This document shows positions 1 through 12,000 of a DNA stretch of 64,000 nucleotides, piece after piece. Below the pieces are notes generated by a model that was not told where the DNA came from, did not search any database, and saw nothing but the letters and a program-made list of their open reading frames with translations. This DNA is from Eledone cirrhosa. Its lineage: Eukaryota. A program made the position numbers and the translations under genes. The stretch's first letter is position 1. Each line of letters opens with the position of its first letter. Location of the stretch: assembly GCA_964016885.1 (NCBI GenBank), contig OZ024741.1, forward strand, positions 254,820,001 through 254,884,000, given 5' to 3'.

Positions 1-2247
1 TTTGACTTACGGTGTTTCGGCTTACGAGTGATTAGACTTACGAGTGTTTTGACTTACGGGTGTTTTGACTTACGGGTGTTGTGAATTACGAGTGTTCCGA
101 TTTACGAGTGTTTTTACTTACGGTGTTTCGGCTTACAAGTGATTCGACTTACGAATGTTTTGACTTACGGGTGTTTCGGCTTGCGAGTGTTTCGACTTAC
201 GAGTGTTTCGGCTTATGAGTGTTTCGACTTACTAATGTTTTTACTTACGTGTGTTTCGGCGTACGAGTGTTTTGACTTACGAGTGTTTCGACTTACGAGT
301 GTTTTGACTTACGAATGTTTTGACTTACGGGTGTTTCGGCTTACGAGTGTTTCGACTTACGAGTGTTTCGGCTTGCGAGTGTTTCGACTTACTAATGTTT
401 TTACTTACGAGTGTTTCGGCGTACGAGTGTTTCGACTTACGAGTGTTTCGACTTACGGGTGTTTTGACTTACGGTGTTTCGGCTTACGAGTGTTTCGACT
501 TACGAGTGTTTTGACTTAAGGGTGTTTCGACTTACGAGTGTTTCGACTTACGAGGGTTTCGACTTACGGGTGTTTCGACTTACGAGTGTTTTGGCTTACG
601 GTGTTTCGACTTACGAGTGTTTCGACTTACGAGTGTTTTGACTTAAGGGTGTTTCGACTTACGGGTGTTTTGGCTTACGGTGTTTCGACTTACGAGTATT
701 TCGATACGAGTGTTTCGGCTTACGAGTGTTTCGACTTACGAGTGTTCTGATTTACGGATGTTTCGACATACGAGTGTTTCGACTTACGAGTGTTTCGACT
801 TACGAGTGTTTTGACTTACGGGTGTTTTGACATACGAGTGTTTCGATGCGAGTGTTTCGACTTACGAGTGTTCTGACTTACGATTGTTCTGACTTACGAG
901 CGTTCTGACTTACGAGTGTTTCGGCTTACGAGTGTTTCGGCGTACGAGTGTTTCGACTTACGAGTGTTTCGACTTACGGGTGTTTTGACTTACGGGTGTT
1001 TCGGCTTACGAGTGTTTCGACTTACGAGTGTTTCGACTTACGGGTGTTTCGATTACGAGTGTTTTGGCTTACGGTGTTTCGACCTACGAGTGTTTCGGCT
1101 TGTGAGTGTTTTGACTTAAGGGTGTTTCGACTTACGAGTGTTTCGATACGAGTGTTTCGACTTACGAGTGTTTCGGCTTACGAGTGTTTCGACTTACGGG
1201 TGTTTTGACTTAGGGGTGTTTCAGCTTACGAGTGTTTCGACTTACGAGTGTTTTGACTTAAGGGTGTTTCGACTTACGAGTGTTTCGACTTACGAGTGTT
1301 TCGAGTTACGGGTGTTTCGACTTACGAGTGTTTTGGCTTACGGTCTTTCGACTTACGAGTGTTTCGACTTACGAGTGTTTTGACTTAAGGGTGTTTCGAC
1401 TTACGAGTATTTCGATACGAGTGTTTCGGCTTACGAGTGTTTCGACTTACGAGTGTTTCGACTTACGAGTGTTCTGATTTACGGATGTTTCGACATACGA
1501 GTGTTTCGACTTACGAGTGTTTCGGCTTACGAGTGTTTCGGCGTACGAGTGTTTCGACTTACGAGTGTTTCGACTTACGGGTGTTTTGACTTACGGGTGT
1601 TTCGGCTTACGAGTGTTTCGACTTACGAGTGTTTCGACTTACGGGTGTTTCGATTACGAGTGTTTTGGCTTACGGTGTTTCGACTTACGAGTGTTTCGGC
1701 TTACGAGTGTTTTGACTTAAGGGTGTTTCGACTTACGAGTGTTTCGATACGAGTGTTTCGACTTACGAGTGTTTCGGCTTACGAGTGTTTCGACTTACGA
1801 GTGTTTCGACTTACGAGTGTTCTGATTTACGGATGTTTCGACATACGAGTGTTTCGACTTACGAGTGTTTCGACTTACGAGTGTTCTGACTTACGATTGT
1901 TCTGACTTACGAGCGTTCTGACTTACCAGTGTTTCGGCTTACGAGTGTTTCGGCTTACGAGTGTTTCGACTTACGAGTGTTTCGACTTACGAGTGTTCCG
2001 ACTTACGGGTGTTTCGACTTACGAGTGTTTTGGCTTACGGTGTTTCGACTTACGAGTGTTTCGAGTTAAGAGTGTTTTGACTTACGCGTGTTTTGACATA
2101 CGAGTGTTCTGACTTACGAGTGTTCTGACTTACGAGTATTTTGACTTACGAGTGTTCTGACTTACGAGTGTTCTGACTTACGAGTGTTCCGACTTTACGA
2201 GTGTTTCGGCTCACGAGTGTTTCGGCTTACGAGTGTTTCGACTTACG

Positions 2248-2316
2248 AAAATAACAAATAGACGCGGTTTCAAATCTCTATGCTTTTCAAATTCATTACA
2301 TTAATCTTTATTTATA
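2248..2316 (-). promoter_or_regulatory. Putative minus-strand poly(A)-signal/TATA-like motif within the linker (example copy)
   Basis: The reverse complement reads TATAAATAAA (2316-2307), then CA 24 nt after AATAAA, then TATTTGTTATTTT about 20 nt further on. This is a motif match only, in AT-rich DNA, with no functional evidence. Confidence 0.25.
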
Positions 2317-2317
2317 C
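2249..2317 (+). repeat. Reference copy of the 69-bp linker (17/69 G+C)
   Basis: AAATAACAAATAGACGCGGTTTCAAATCTCTATGCTTTTCAAATTCATTACATTAATCTTTATTTATAC. It sits inside a monomer (…ACTTACGA|linker|GTTTCGCTTTACGAG…) and contains TTTCAAAT twice. Confidence 0.96.
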
Positions 2318-5300
2318 GTTTCGCTTTACGAGTGTTTCGACTTACGAGTGTTTCGACATACGAGTGTTTCGACTTACGAATGTTTTTGCTTACGGGTGTT
2401 TCGACTTACGAATGTTTTTGCTTACGAGTGTTTCGGTTTACGAGTATTCCGACTTACGAGTGTTCCGACTTGCGAGTGTTTCGGCTTACGAGTGTTTCCA
2501 GCTTACGAGTGTTTCGACTTACGAGTGTTTCGACTTACGAGTGTTTCGAATTACGAGTGTTTCGACTTACGAGTGTTTTGACTTACGGGTGTTCTGACTT
2601 ACGAGTGTTCTGACTTACAAGTGTTCTTACTTACGAGTGTTCCGACTTACGAGTGTTCCGACTTACGAGTGTTTCGGCTTACGAGTGTTTTGATTTACGA
2701 GTGTTTTGATTTACGGGTGCTTCGATGTACGCGTGTTTCGACTTACGAGTGTTTCGACTTACGAGTGTTTCGACTTACGAGTGTTTCGGCTTACGAGTGT
2801 TTTGACTTACGAATGTTTTGACTTACGATTGTTTCGGCTTACGAGTGTTTCGACTTACGAGTGTTCTGACTACGAGTGTTCTGACTGACGGGTATTCTGA
2901 CTTACGAGTGTTCCGACTTACGAGTGTTTCGGCTTATGAGTGTTTCGACTTACGAGTGCTTCGACTTACGAGTGTTTCGGCTTACGGGTGTTTCGACTTA
3001 CGAATGTTTTTGCTTACGAGTGTTTCGGCTTACAAGTGTTTCGGCTTATGAGTGTTTCGACTTACGAGTGTTTTGACTTACGGGTGTTTTGACATACGAG
3101 TGTTTCGATACGAGTGTTCTGACTTACGAGTGTTTCCGCTTACGAGTGTTTCGGCTTACGAGTGTTTCGACTTACTAATGTTTTTACTTACGAGTGTTTC
3201 GGTGTACGAGTGTTTCGACTTAAGGATGTTTCGACTTACGGGTGTTTCGGCTTACGAGTGTTTCGACTTACGAGTGTTTTGACTTACGAGTGTTCTGACT
3301 TACGAGTGTTCTGACTTATGAGTGTTCCGACTTACGAGTGTTCCGACTTACGAGTGTTTCGGCTTATGAGTGTTTCGACTGACGAGTGTTTCGGCTTACG
3401 GGTGTTTCGACGTACGAGTATTTTTGGCTTACGAGTGTTTCGACTTACGAGTGTTTTGAATTACGATTGTTTCGGCTTACGAGTGTTTCGACTTACGAGT
3501 GTTTCGACTTACGAGTGTTTCGACTTACGAGTGTTCTGACTTACGAGTGTTCTGACTTACGAGTGTTCTGACTTACGGGTGTTCTGACTTAGGTGTGTTC
3601 CGACTTACGAGTGTTTCGGCTATGGGTGTTTCGACTTACGAGTGTTTCGACTTACAAATGTTTTGGCTTACGAGTGTTTCGGCTTACGAGTGTATCGACT
3701 TACGAATGTTTTGGCTTACGAGTGTTTCGGCTTACGGGTGTTTCGACTTACGAGTGTTTCGACTTACGAGTGTTTTGACTTACGGTGTTTCGGCTTACGA
3801 GTTATTCGACATACGAGTGTTTCAACTTACGGGTGTTTCGACTTACGGGTGTTTCGACTTACGAGTGTTTCGACTTATGAGTGTTTCGACTTACGAGTGT
3901 TCTGACTTACGAGTGTTCTGACTTACGAGTGTTCCGACTTACGAGTGTTTAGGTTTACGAGTGTTTCGACACATGAGTGTTTTGACTTACGGGTGTTTCG
4001 ACTTACGGGTGTTTCGACTTACGAGTGTTTCGGCTTACGAGTGTTTCGACTTACTAATGTTTTTACTTACGAGTGTTTCGGTGTACGAGTGTTTCGACTT
4101 AAGGATGTTTCGATTTACGAGTGTCTCGACTTACGAGTGTTTCGGCTTACGTGAGTTTCGACTTAAGAGTGTTCTGATTTACGAGTGTTCTGACTTGCGG
4201 GTGTTCTGATTTACGAGTGTTCCGACTTACGAGTGTTTCGGCTTATGAGTGTTTCGACTTACGAGTGTTTCGGCTTACGAGTGTTTCGCCTTATGGGTGT
4301 TTCGACTTACGAGTGTTTTTACTTACGGTGTTTCGGCTTCCGAGTGTTTCGACATACGAGTGTTTTGACTTACGGGTGTTTCGGCTTACGAGTGTTTCGA
4401 CTTACGAGTGTTTCGGCTTACGAGTGTTTCGACTTACTAATGTTTTTACTTACGAGTGTTTCGGCGTACGAGAGTTTTGACTTACGTGTGTTTCGGCTCA
4501 CGAGTGTTTCGACTTACGAGTGTTTCGACTTACGAGTGTTTCGACTGACGAGTGTTTCGACTTACGAGTGTTTTGACTTACTGGTGTTTTGACATACGAG
4601 TGTTTCGATACGAGTGTTTCGACTTACGAGTGTTCTGACTTACGAGTGTTCTAACTTTCGAGTGTTCTGACTTATGAGTGTTCTGACTTACGAGTGTTCC
4701 GACTTACGAGTGTTTCGGCTCACGAGTGTTTCGGCTTACGAGTGTTTCGACTTACGAAAATAACAAATAGACGCGGTTTCAAATCTCTATGCTTTTCAAA
4801 TTCATTACATTAATCTTTATTTATACGTTTCGCTTTACGAGTGTTTCGACTTACGAGTGTTTCGACTTACGAGTGTTTCGGCTTACGAGTGTTTTGACTT
4901 ACGAGTGTTTTGACTTACATGTGTTTCGACTTACGCGTGTTTCGACTTACGAGTGTTTCGACTTGCGAGTGTTTCGACTACGGGTGTTTCGACTTACGAA
5001 TGTTTTGACTTACGGATGTTTTGACTTACGGGTGTTTCGGCTTACGAGTGTTTCCACTTACGAGTGTTTCGACTTGCGAGTGTTTTCACTTCGAGTGTTT
5101 TGACTTACGGTGTTTCGGCTTACGAGTGTTTCGACTTACAAGTGTTTTGACTTACGGGTGTTTTGACATACGAGTGTTTCGATACGAGTGTTCTGACTTA
5201 CGAGTGTTCTGACTTACGAGTGTTCTGACTTACGAGTGTTCTGACTTACGAGTGTTCTGACTTACGAGTGTTCTGACATACGTGTGTTCTGACTTACGAG

Positions 5301-5427
5301 TGTTCCGATTTACGAGTGTTTCGGCTTATGAGTGTTTCGACTTACGAATGTTTTTGCTTACGGGTGTTTCGACTTACGAATGTTTTTGATTACGAGTGTT
5401 TCGGCTTACGAGTGTTTCGACTTACCA

Positions 5428-5496
5428 AAATAACAAATAGACGTGGTTTCAAATCTCTATGCTTTTCAAATTCATTACATTATTCTTTATTTACAC
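5428..5496 (+). repeat. Most divergent linker copy
   Basis: ACGTGG replaces ACGCGG, TTATTC replaces TTAATC and TTTACAC replaces TTTATAC. It is preceded by CTTACCA and lacks the usual upstream CCGACTTTAC/GGCTCAC ladder. Confidence 0.9.
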
Positions 5497-8400
5497 GTTT
5501 CGCTTTACGAGTGTTTCGACTTACGAGTGTTTCGACTTACGAGTGTTTCGACTTACGAGTGTTTCGACTTACGAGTGTTTCGACTTACGAGTGTTTCGAC
5601 TTACGAGTGTTTTGACTTACGAGTGTTCTGACTTACGAGTGTTCCGACTTACGAGTGTTTCGACTTACGAGTGTTTCGACTTACGAGTGTTTCGACTTAC
5701 GAGTGTTTTGACTTACGAGTGTTCTGACTACGAGTGTTCTGACTTACGAGTGTTTCGGCTTATGAGTGTTTCGACTTACGAGTGTTTCGGCTTATAAGTG
5801 TTTCGACTTACGAGTGTTTCGGCTTACGAGTGTTTCGACTTACGAGTGTTTCGACTTACGAGTGTTTCGACTTACGGGTGTTTCGACTTACGAGTGTTTC
5901 GACTACGAGTGTTTCGACTTACGAGTGTTTCGGCATACGAGTGTTTCGACTTACGGGTGTTTCGACTTACGAGTGTTTTGGCTTACGGTGTTTCGACTTA
6001 CGAGTGTTTCGGCTTACGAGTGTTTTGACTTAAGGGTGTTTCGACTTACGAGTGTTTCGATACGAGTGTTTCGACTTACGAGTGTTTCGGCTTACGAGTG
6101 TTTCGACTTACGAGTGTTTCGACTTACGAGTGTTCTGATTTACGGATGTTTCGACATACGAGTGTTTCGACTTACGAGTGTTTCGACTTACGAGTGTTTT
6201 GACTTACGGGTGTTTTGACATACGAGTGTTTCGATACGAGTGTTTCGACTTACGAGGGTTCTGACTTACGATTGTTCTGACTTACGAGCATTCTGACTTA
6301 CTAGTGTTTCGGCTTACGAGTGTTTCGGCTTACGAGTGTTCCGACTTACGGGTGTTTCGACTTACGAGTGTTTTGGCATACGGTGTTTCGACTTACGAGT
6401 GTTTCGAGTTAAGAGTGTTAGACTTACGCGTGTTTTGACATACGAGTGTTCTGACTTACGAGTGTTCTGACTTACGAGTGTTCTGACTTACGAGTGTTCT
6501 GACTTACGAGTGTTCCGACTTTACGAGTGTTTCGGCTCACGAGTGTTTCGGCTTACGAGTGTTTCGACTTACGAAAACAACATATAGACGCGGTTTCAAA
6601 TCTCTATGCTTTTCAAATTCATTACATTAATCTTTATTTATACGTTTCGCTTTACGAGTGTTTCGACTTACGAGTGTTTCGACTTACGAGTGTTTTGACT
6701 TACGGTGTTTCGGCTTACGAGTGATTAGACTTACGAGTGTTTTGACTTACGGGTGTTTTGACTTACGGGTGTTGTGAATTACGAGTGTTCCGATTTACGA
6801 GTGTTTTGACTTACGGTGTTTCGGCTTACAAGTGATTCGACTTACGAATGTTTTGACTTACGGGTGTTTCGGCTTGCGAGTGTTTCGATCTACGAGTGTT
6901 TCGGCTTATGAGTGTTTCGACTTACTAATGTTTTTACTTACGAGTGTTTCGGCGTACGAGTGTTTCGACTTACGAGTGTTTCGACTTACGAGTGTTTTGA
7001 CTTACGAATGTTTTGACTTACGGGTGTTTCGGCTTACGAGTGTTTCGACTTACGAGTGTTTCGGCTTGCGAGTGTTTCGACTTACTAATGTTTTTACTTA
7101 CGAGTGTTTCGGCGTACGAGTGTTTCGACTTACGAGTGTTTCGACTTACGGGTGTTTTGAATTACGGGTGTTTCGGCTTACGAGTGTTTCGACTTACGAG
7201 TGTTTTGACTTAAGGGTGTTTCGACTTACGAGTGTTTCGACTTACGAGTGTTTCGAATTACGAGTGTTTCGGGTTACGAGTGTTTTGACTTGAGGGTTTT
7301 CGACTTACGAGTGTTTCGATACGAGTGTTTCGACTTACGAGTGTTCTGACTTACGAGTGTTCTGATTTACGGATGTTTTGACACACGAGTGTTTCGAATT
7401 ACGAGTGTTTCGACTTACGAGTGTTCTGACTTACGAGTGTTTCGGCTTACGAGTGTTTCCGGCTTACGAGTGTTTCGACTTACGAGTGTTTCGACTTACG
7501 AGTGTTTTGACTTACGGTGTTTCGGCTTACGAGTGATTAGACTTACGAGTGTTTTGACTTACGGGTGTTTTGACTTACGGGTGTTGTGAATTACGAGTGT
7601 TCCGATTTACGAGTGTTTTGACTTACGGTGTTTCGGCTTACAAGTGATTCGACTTACGAATGTTTTGACTTACGGGTGTTTCGGCTTGCGAGTGTTTTGA
7701 CTTACGAGTGTTTCGGCTTATGAGTGTTTCGACTTACTAATGTTTTTACTTACGAGTGTTTCGGCGTACGAGTGTTTTGACTTACGAGTGTTTCGACTTA
7801 CGAGTGTTTTGACTTACGAATGTTTTGACTTACAGGTGTTTCGGCTTACGAGTGTTTCGACTTACGAGTGTTTCGGCTTGCGAGTGTTTCGACTTACTAA
7901 TGTTTTTACTTACGAGTGTTTCGGCGTACGAGTGTTTCGACTTACGAGTGTTTCGACTTACGGGTGTTTTGACTTAGGGGTGTTTCGGCTTACGAGTGTT
8001 TCGACTTACGAGTGTTTTGACTTAAGGGTGTTTCGACTTACGAGTGTTTCGACTTACGAGTGTTTCGACTTACGGGTGTTTCGACTTACGAGTGTTTTGG
8101 CTTACGGTGTTTCGACTTACGAGTGTTTCGACTTACGAGTGTTTCGATACGAGTGTTTCGACTTACGAGTGTTTCGGCTTACGAGTGTTTCGACTTACGA
8201 GTGTTTCGACTTACGAGTGTTCTGATTTACGGATGTTTCGACATACGAGTGTTTCGACTTACGAGCGTTTCGACTTACGAGTGTTTTGACTTACGGGTGT
8301 TTTGACATACGAGTGTTTCGATACGAGTGTTTCGACTTACGAGTGTTCTGACTTACGATTGTTCTGACTTGCGAGCGTTCTGACTTACGAGTGTTTCGGC

Positions 8401-9099
8401 TTACGAGTGTTTCGGCTTACGAGAGTTTCGACTTACGAGTGTTTCGACTTACGAGTGTTCCGACTTACGGGTGTTTCGACTTACGAGTGTTTTGGCTTAC
8501 GGTGTTTCGACTTACGAGTGTTTCGAGTTAAGAGTGTTTTGACTTACGCGTGTTTTGACATACGAGTGTTCTGACTTACGAGTGTTCTGACTTACGAGTG
8601 TTCTGACTTACGAGTGTTCCGACTTTACGAGTGTTTCGGCTCACGAGTGTTTCGGCTTACGAGTGTTTCGACTTACGAAAACAACATATAGACGCGGTTT
8701 CAAATCTCTATGCTTTTCAAATTCATTACATTAATCTTTATTTATACGTTTCGCTTTACGAGTGTTTCGACTTACGAGTGTTTCGACATACGAGTGTTTC
8801 GACTTACGAATGTTTTTGCTTACGGGTGTTTCGACTTACGAATGTTTTTGCTTACGAGTGTTTCTGTTTACGAGTGTTCCGACTTACGAGTGTTTTGACT
8901 TACGGTGTTTCTGCTTACAAGTGATTCGACTTACGAATGTTTTGACTTACGGGTGTTTCGGCTTGCGAGTGTTTCGACTTACGAGTGTTTCGGCTTATGA
9001 GTGTTTCGACTTACGCGTGTTTTGACATACGAGTGTTCTGACTTACGAGTGTTCTGACTTACGAGTGTTCCGACTTTACGAGTGTTTCGGCTCACGAGT

Positions 9100-12000
9100 G
9101 TTTCGACTTAAGAGTGTTTCGACTTACGGGTGTTTCGACTTACGAGTGTTTTGGCTTACGGTGTTTCGACTTACGAGTGTTTCGGCTTACGAGTGTTTTG
9201 ACTTAAGGGTGTTTCGACTTACGAGTGTTTTGGCTTACGGTGTTTCGACTTACGAGTGTTTCGACTTACGAGTGTTTCGATACGAGTGTTTCGACTTACG
9301 AGTGTTTCGGCTTACGAGTGTTTCGACTTACGAGTGTTTCGACTTACGAGTATTCTGATTTACGGATGTTTCGACATACGAGTGTTTCGACTTACGAGTG
9401 TTTCGACTTACGAGTGTTTTGACTTACGGGTGTTTTGACATACGAGTGTTTCGATACGAGTGTTTCGACTTACGAGTGTTCTGACTTACGATTGTTCTGA
9501 CTTACGAGCGTTCTGACTTACGAGTGTTTCGGCTTACGAGTGTTTCGGCTTACGAGTGTTTCGACTTACGAGTGTTTCGACTTACGAGTGTTCCGACTTA
9601 CGGGTGTTTCGACTTACGAGTGTTTTGGCTTACGGTGTTTCGACTTACGAGTGTTTCGAGTTAAGAGTGTTTTGACTTACGAGTGTTCTGACTTTACGAG
9701 TGTTTCGGCTCACGTGTGTTTCGGCTTACGAGTGTTTCGACTTACAAAAATAACATATAGACGCGGTTTCAAATCTCTATGCTTTTCAAATTCATTACAT
9801 TAATCTTTATTTATACGTTTCGCTTTACGAGTGTTTCGACTTACGAGTGTTTCGACATACGAGTGTTTCGACTTACGAATGTTTTTGCTACGGGTGTTTC
9901 GACTTACGAATGTTTTTGCTTACAATTGTTTCGGTTTACGAGTGTTCCGACTTACGAGTGTTCCGACTTACGAGTGTTTCGGCTTACGAGTGTTTCCGGC
10001 TTACGAGTGTTTCGACTTACGAGTGTTTCGACTTACGAGTGTTTTGACTTACGGTGTTTCGGCTTACGAGTGATTAGACTTACGAGTGTTTTGACCTACG
10101 GGTGTTTTGACTTACGGGTGTTTCGGCTTACGAGTGTTTCGACTTACGAGTGTTTCGGCTTGCGAGTGTTTCGACTTACAAATGTTTTTACTTACGAGTG
10201 TTTCGGCGTACGAGTGTTTCGACTTACGAGTGTTTCGACTTACGGGTGTTTTGACTTAGGGGTGTTTCGGCTTACGAGTGTTTCGACTTACGAGTGTTTT
10301 GACTTAAAGTGTTTCGACTTACGAGTGTTTCGACTTAAGAGTGTTTCGACTTACGGGTGTTTCGACTTACGAGTGTTTTGGCTTACGGTGTTTCGACTTA
10401 CGAGTGTTTCGATACGAGTGTTTCGGCTTACGAGTGTTTTGACTTAAGGGTGTTTCGACTTACGAGTGTTTCGATACGAGTGTTTCGACTTACGAGTGTT
10501 TCGGCTTACGAGTGTTTCGACTTACGAGTGTTTCGACTTACGAGTGTTCTGATTTACGGATGTTTCGACATACGAGTGTTTCGACTTACGAGTGTTTCGA
10601 CTTACGAGTGTTCCGACTTACGGGTGTTTCGACTTACGAGTGTTTTGGCTTACGGTGTTTCGACTTACGAGTGTTTCGAGTTAAGAGTGTTTTGACTTAC
10701 GCGTGTTTTGACATACGTGTGTTCTGACTTACGAGTGTTCTGACTTACGATTGTTCTGACTTACGAGTGTTCTGACTTACGAGTGTTCTGACTTACGAGT
10801 GTTCCGACTTTACGAGTGTTTCGGCTCACGTGTGTTTCGGCTTACGAGTGTTTCGACTTACGAAAATAACATATAGACGCGGTTTCAAATCTCTATGCTT
10901 TTCAAATTCATTACATTAATCTTTATTTATACGTTTCGCTTTACGAGTGTTTCGACTTACGAGTGTTTCGACATACGAGTGTTTCGACTTACGAATGTTT
11001 TTGCTACGGGTGTTTCGACTTACGAATATTTTGCTTACGAGTGTTTCGGTTTACGAGTGTTCCGACTTACGAGTGTTCCGACTTACGAGTGTTTCGGCTT
11101 ACGAGTGTTTCCGGCTTACGAGTGTTTCGACTTACGAGTGTTTCGACTTACGAGTGTTTTGACTTACGGTGTTTCGGCTTACGAGTGATTAGACTTACGA
11201 GTGTTTTGACTTACGCGTGTTTTGACTTACGGGTGTTGTGAATTACGAGTGTTCCGATTTACGAGTGTTTCGGTTTACAAGTGTTTTGACTTACGGTGTT
11301 TCGGCTTACAAGTGATTCGACTTACGAATGTTTTGACTTACGGGTGTTTCGGCTTGCGAGTGTTTCGACTTACGAGTGTTTCGGCTTATGAGTGTTTCGA
11401 CTTACTAATGTTTTTACTTACGAGTGTTTCGGCGTACGAGTGTTTTGACTTACGGGTGTTTCGGCTTATGAGTGTTGCGACTTACGAGTGTTTCGGCTTG
11501 CGAGTTTTTAGACTTACTAATGTTTTTACTTACAAGTGTTTCGGCGTACGAGTGTTTCGACTTACGAGTGTTTCGACTTACGGGTGTTTTGACTTACGGG
11601 TGTTTCGGCTTACGAGTGTTTCGACTTACGAGTGTTTTGACTTACGGGTGTTTCGACTTACGAGTGTTTCGACTTACGAGTGTTTCGACTTACGAGTGTT
11701 CTGACTTACGAGTGTTTTGACTTGAGGGTTTTCGGCTTACGAGTGTTTCGAGTTACGAGTGTTTTGACTTACGCGTGTTTTGACATACGAGTGTTTCGAT
11801 ACGAGTGTTCTGACTTACGAGTGTTCTGACTTACGAGTGTTCTGACTTACGAGTGTTCCGACTTTACGAGTGTTTCGGCTCACGAGTGTTTCGGCTTACG
11901 AGTGTTTCGACTTACGAAAATAACAAATAGACGCGGTTTCAAATCTCTATGCTTTTCAAATTCATTACATTAATCTTTATTTATACGTTTCGCTTTACGA

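Noticed and set aside
228-250. TACTAAT + T-tract resembling a branch point and 3' splice site on the + strand
   Set aside because: The next AG is typically in a GAG context rather than YAG, no exon follows, and the motif is explicable as a multiply substituted monomer.
1208-1220. TTAGGG/TTAGG/TTAAGGG variants suggesting canonical telomere repeats
   Set aside because: They are isolated point variants of TTACGAG/TTACGGG within 16-bp monomers and are never tandem.
2267-2300. GTTTCAAAT (minus strand ATTTGAAAC) resembling CRISPR repeat termini, in a regularly recurring element
   Set aside because: The intervening sequences are 0.6-2.6 kb of satellite, not unique 30-40-bp spacers. There are no cas genes or leader.
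2246-2323. Linker as a MITE with terminal inverted repeats (CGAAA…TTTCG; AAATAA…TTATTT)
   Set aside because: The inverted matches are only 5-6 bp and partly supplied by the satellite. There is no distinguishable target-site duplication. The identical insertion point in all 45 copies indicates co-amplification rather than independent transposition.
2322-2333. CGCTTTACGAGT and minus-strand ACTCGTAA/GTAAG resembling baculovirus hr half-sites, the IE-1 motif (ACBYGTAA) and the late promoter
   Set aside because: hr elements are palindromes around an EcoRI core interspersed among viral genes. Here there is no palindrome, no GAATTC core and no gene in 64 kb, so this is most likely a short-motif coincidence.
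2280-2597. Recurrent ATG-initiated hydrophobic N-terminus MLFKFITLIFIYTFRF resembling a signal peptide
   Set aside because: T-rich DNA yields F/I/L codons by default. The downstream ORF length and frame vary arbitrarily among copies, and three copies (6575, 16823, 26529) give no listed ORF from this ATG. Ribo-seq or proteomics would be needed to revive this.
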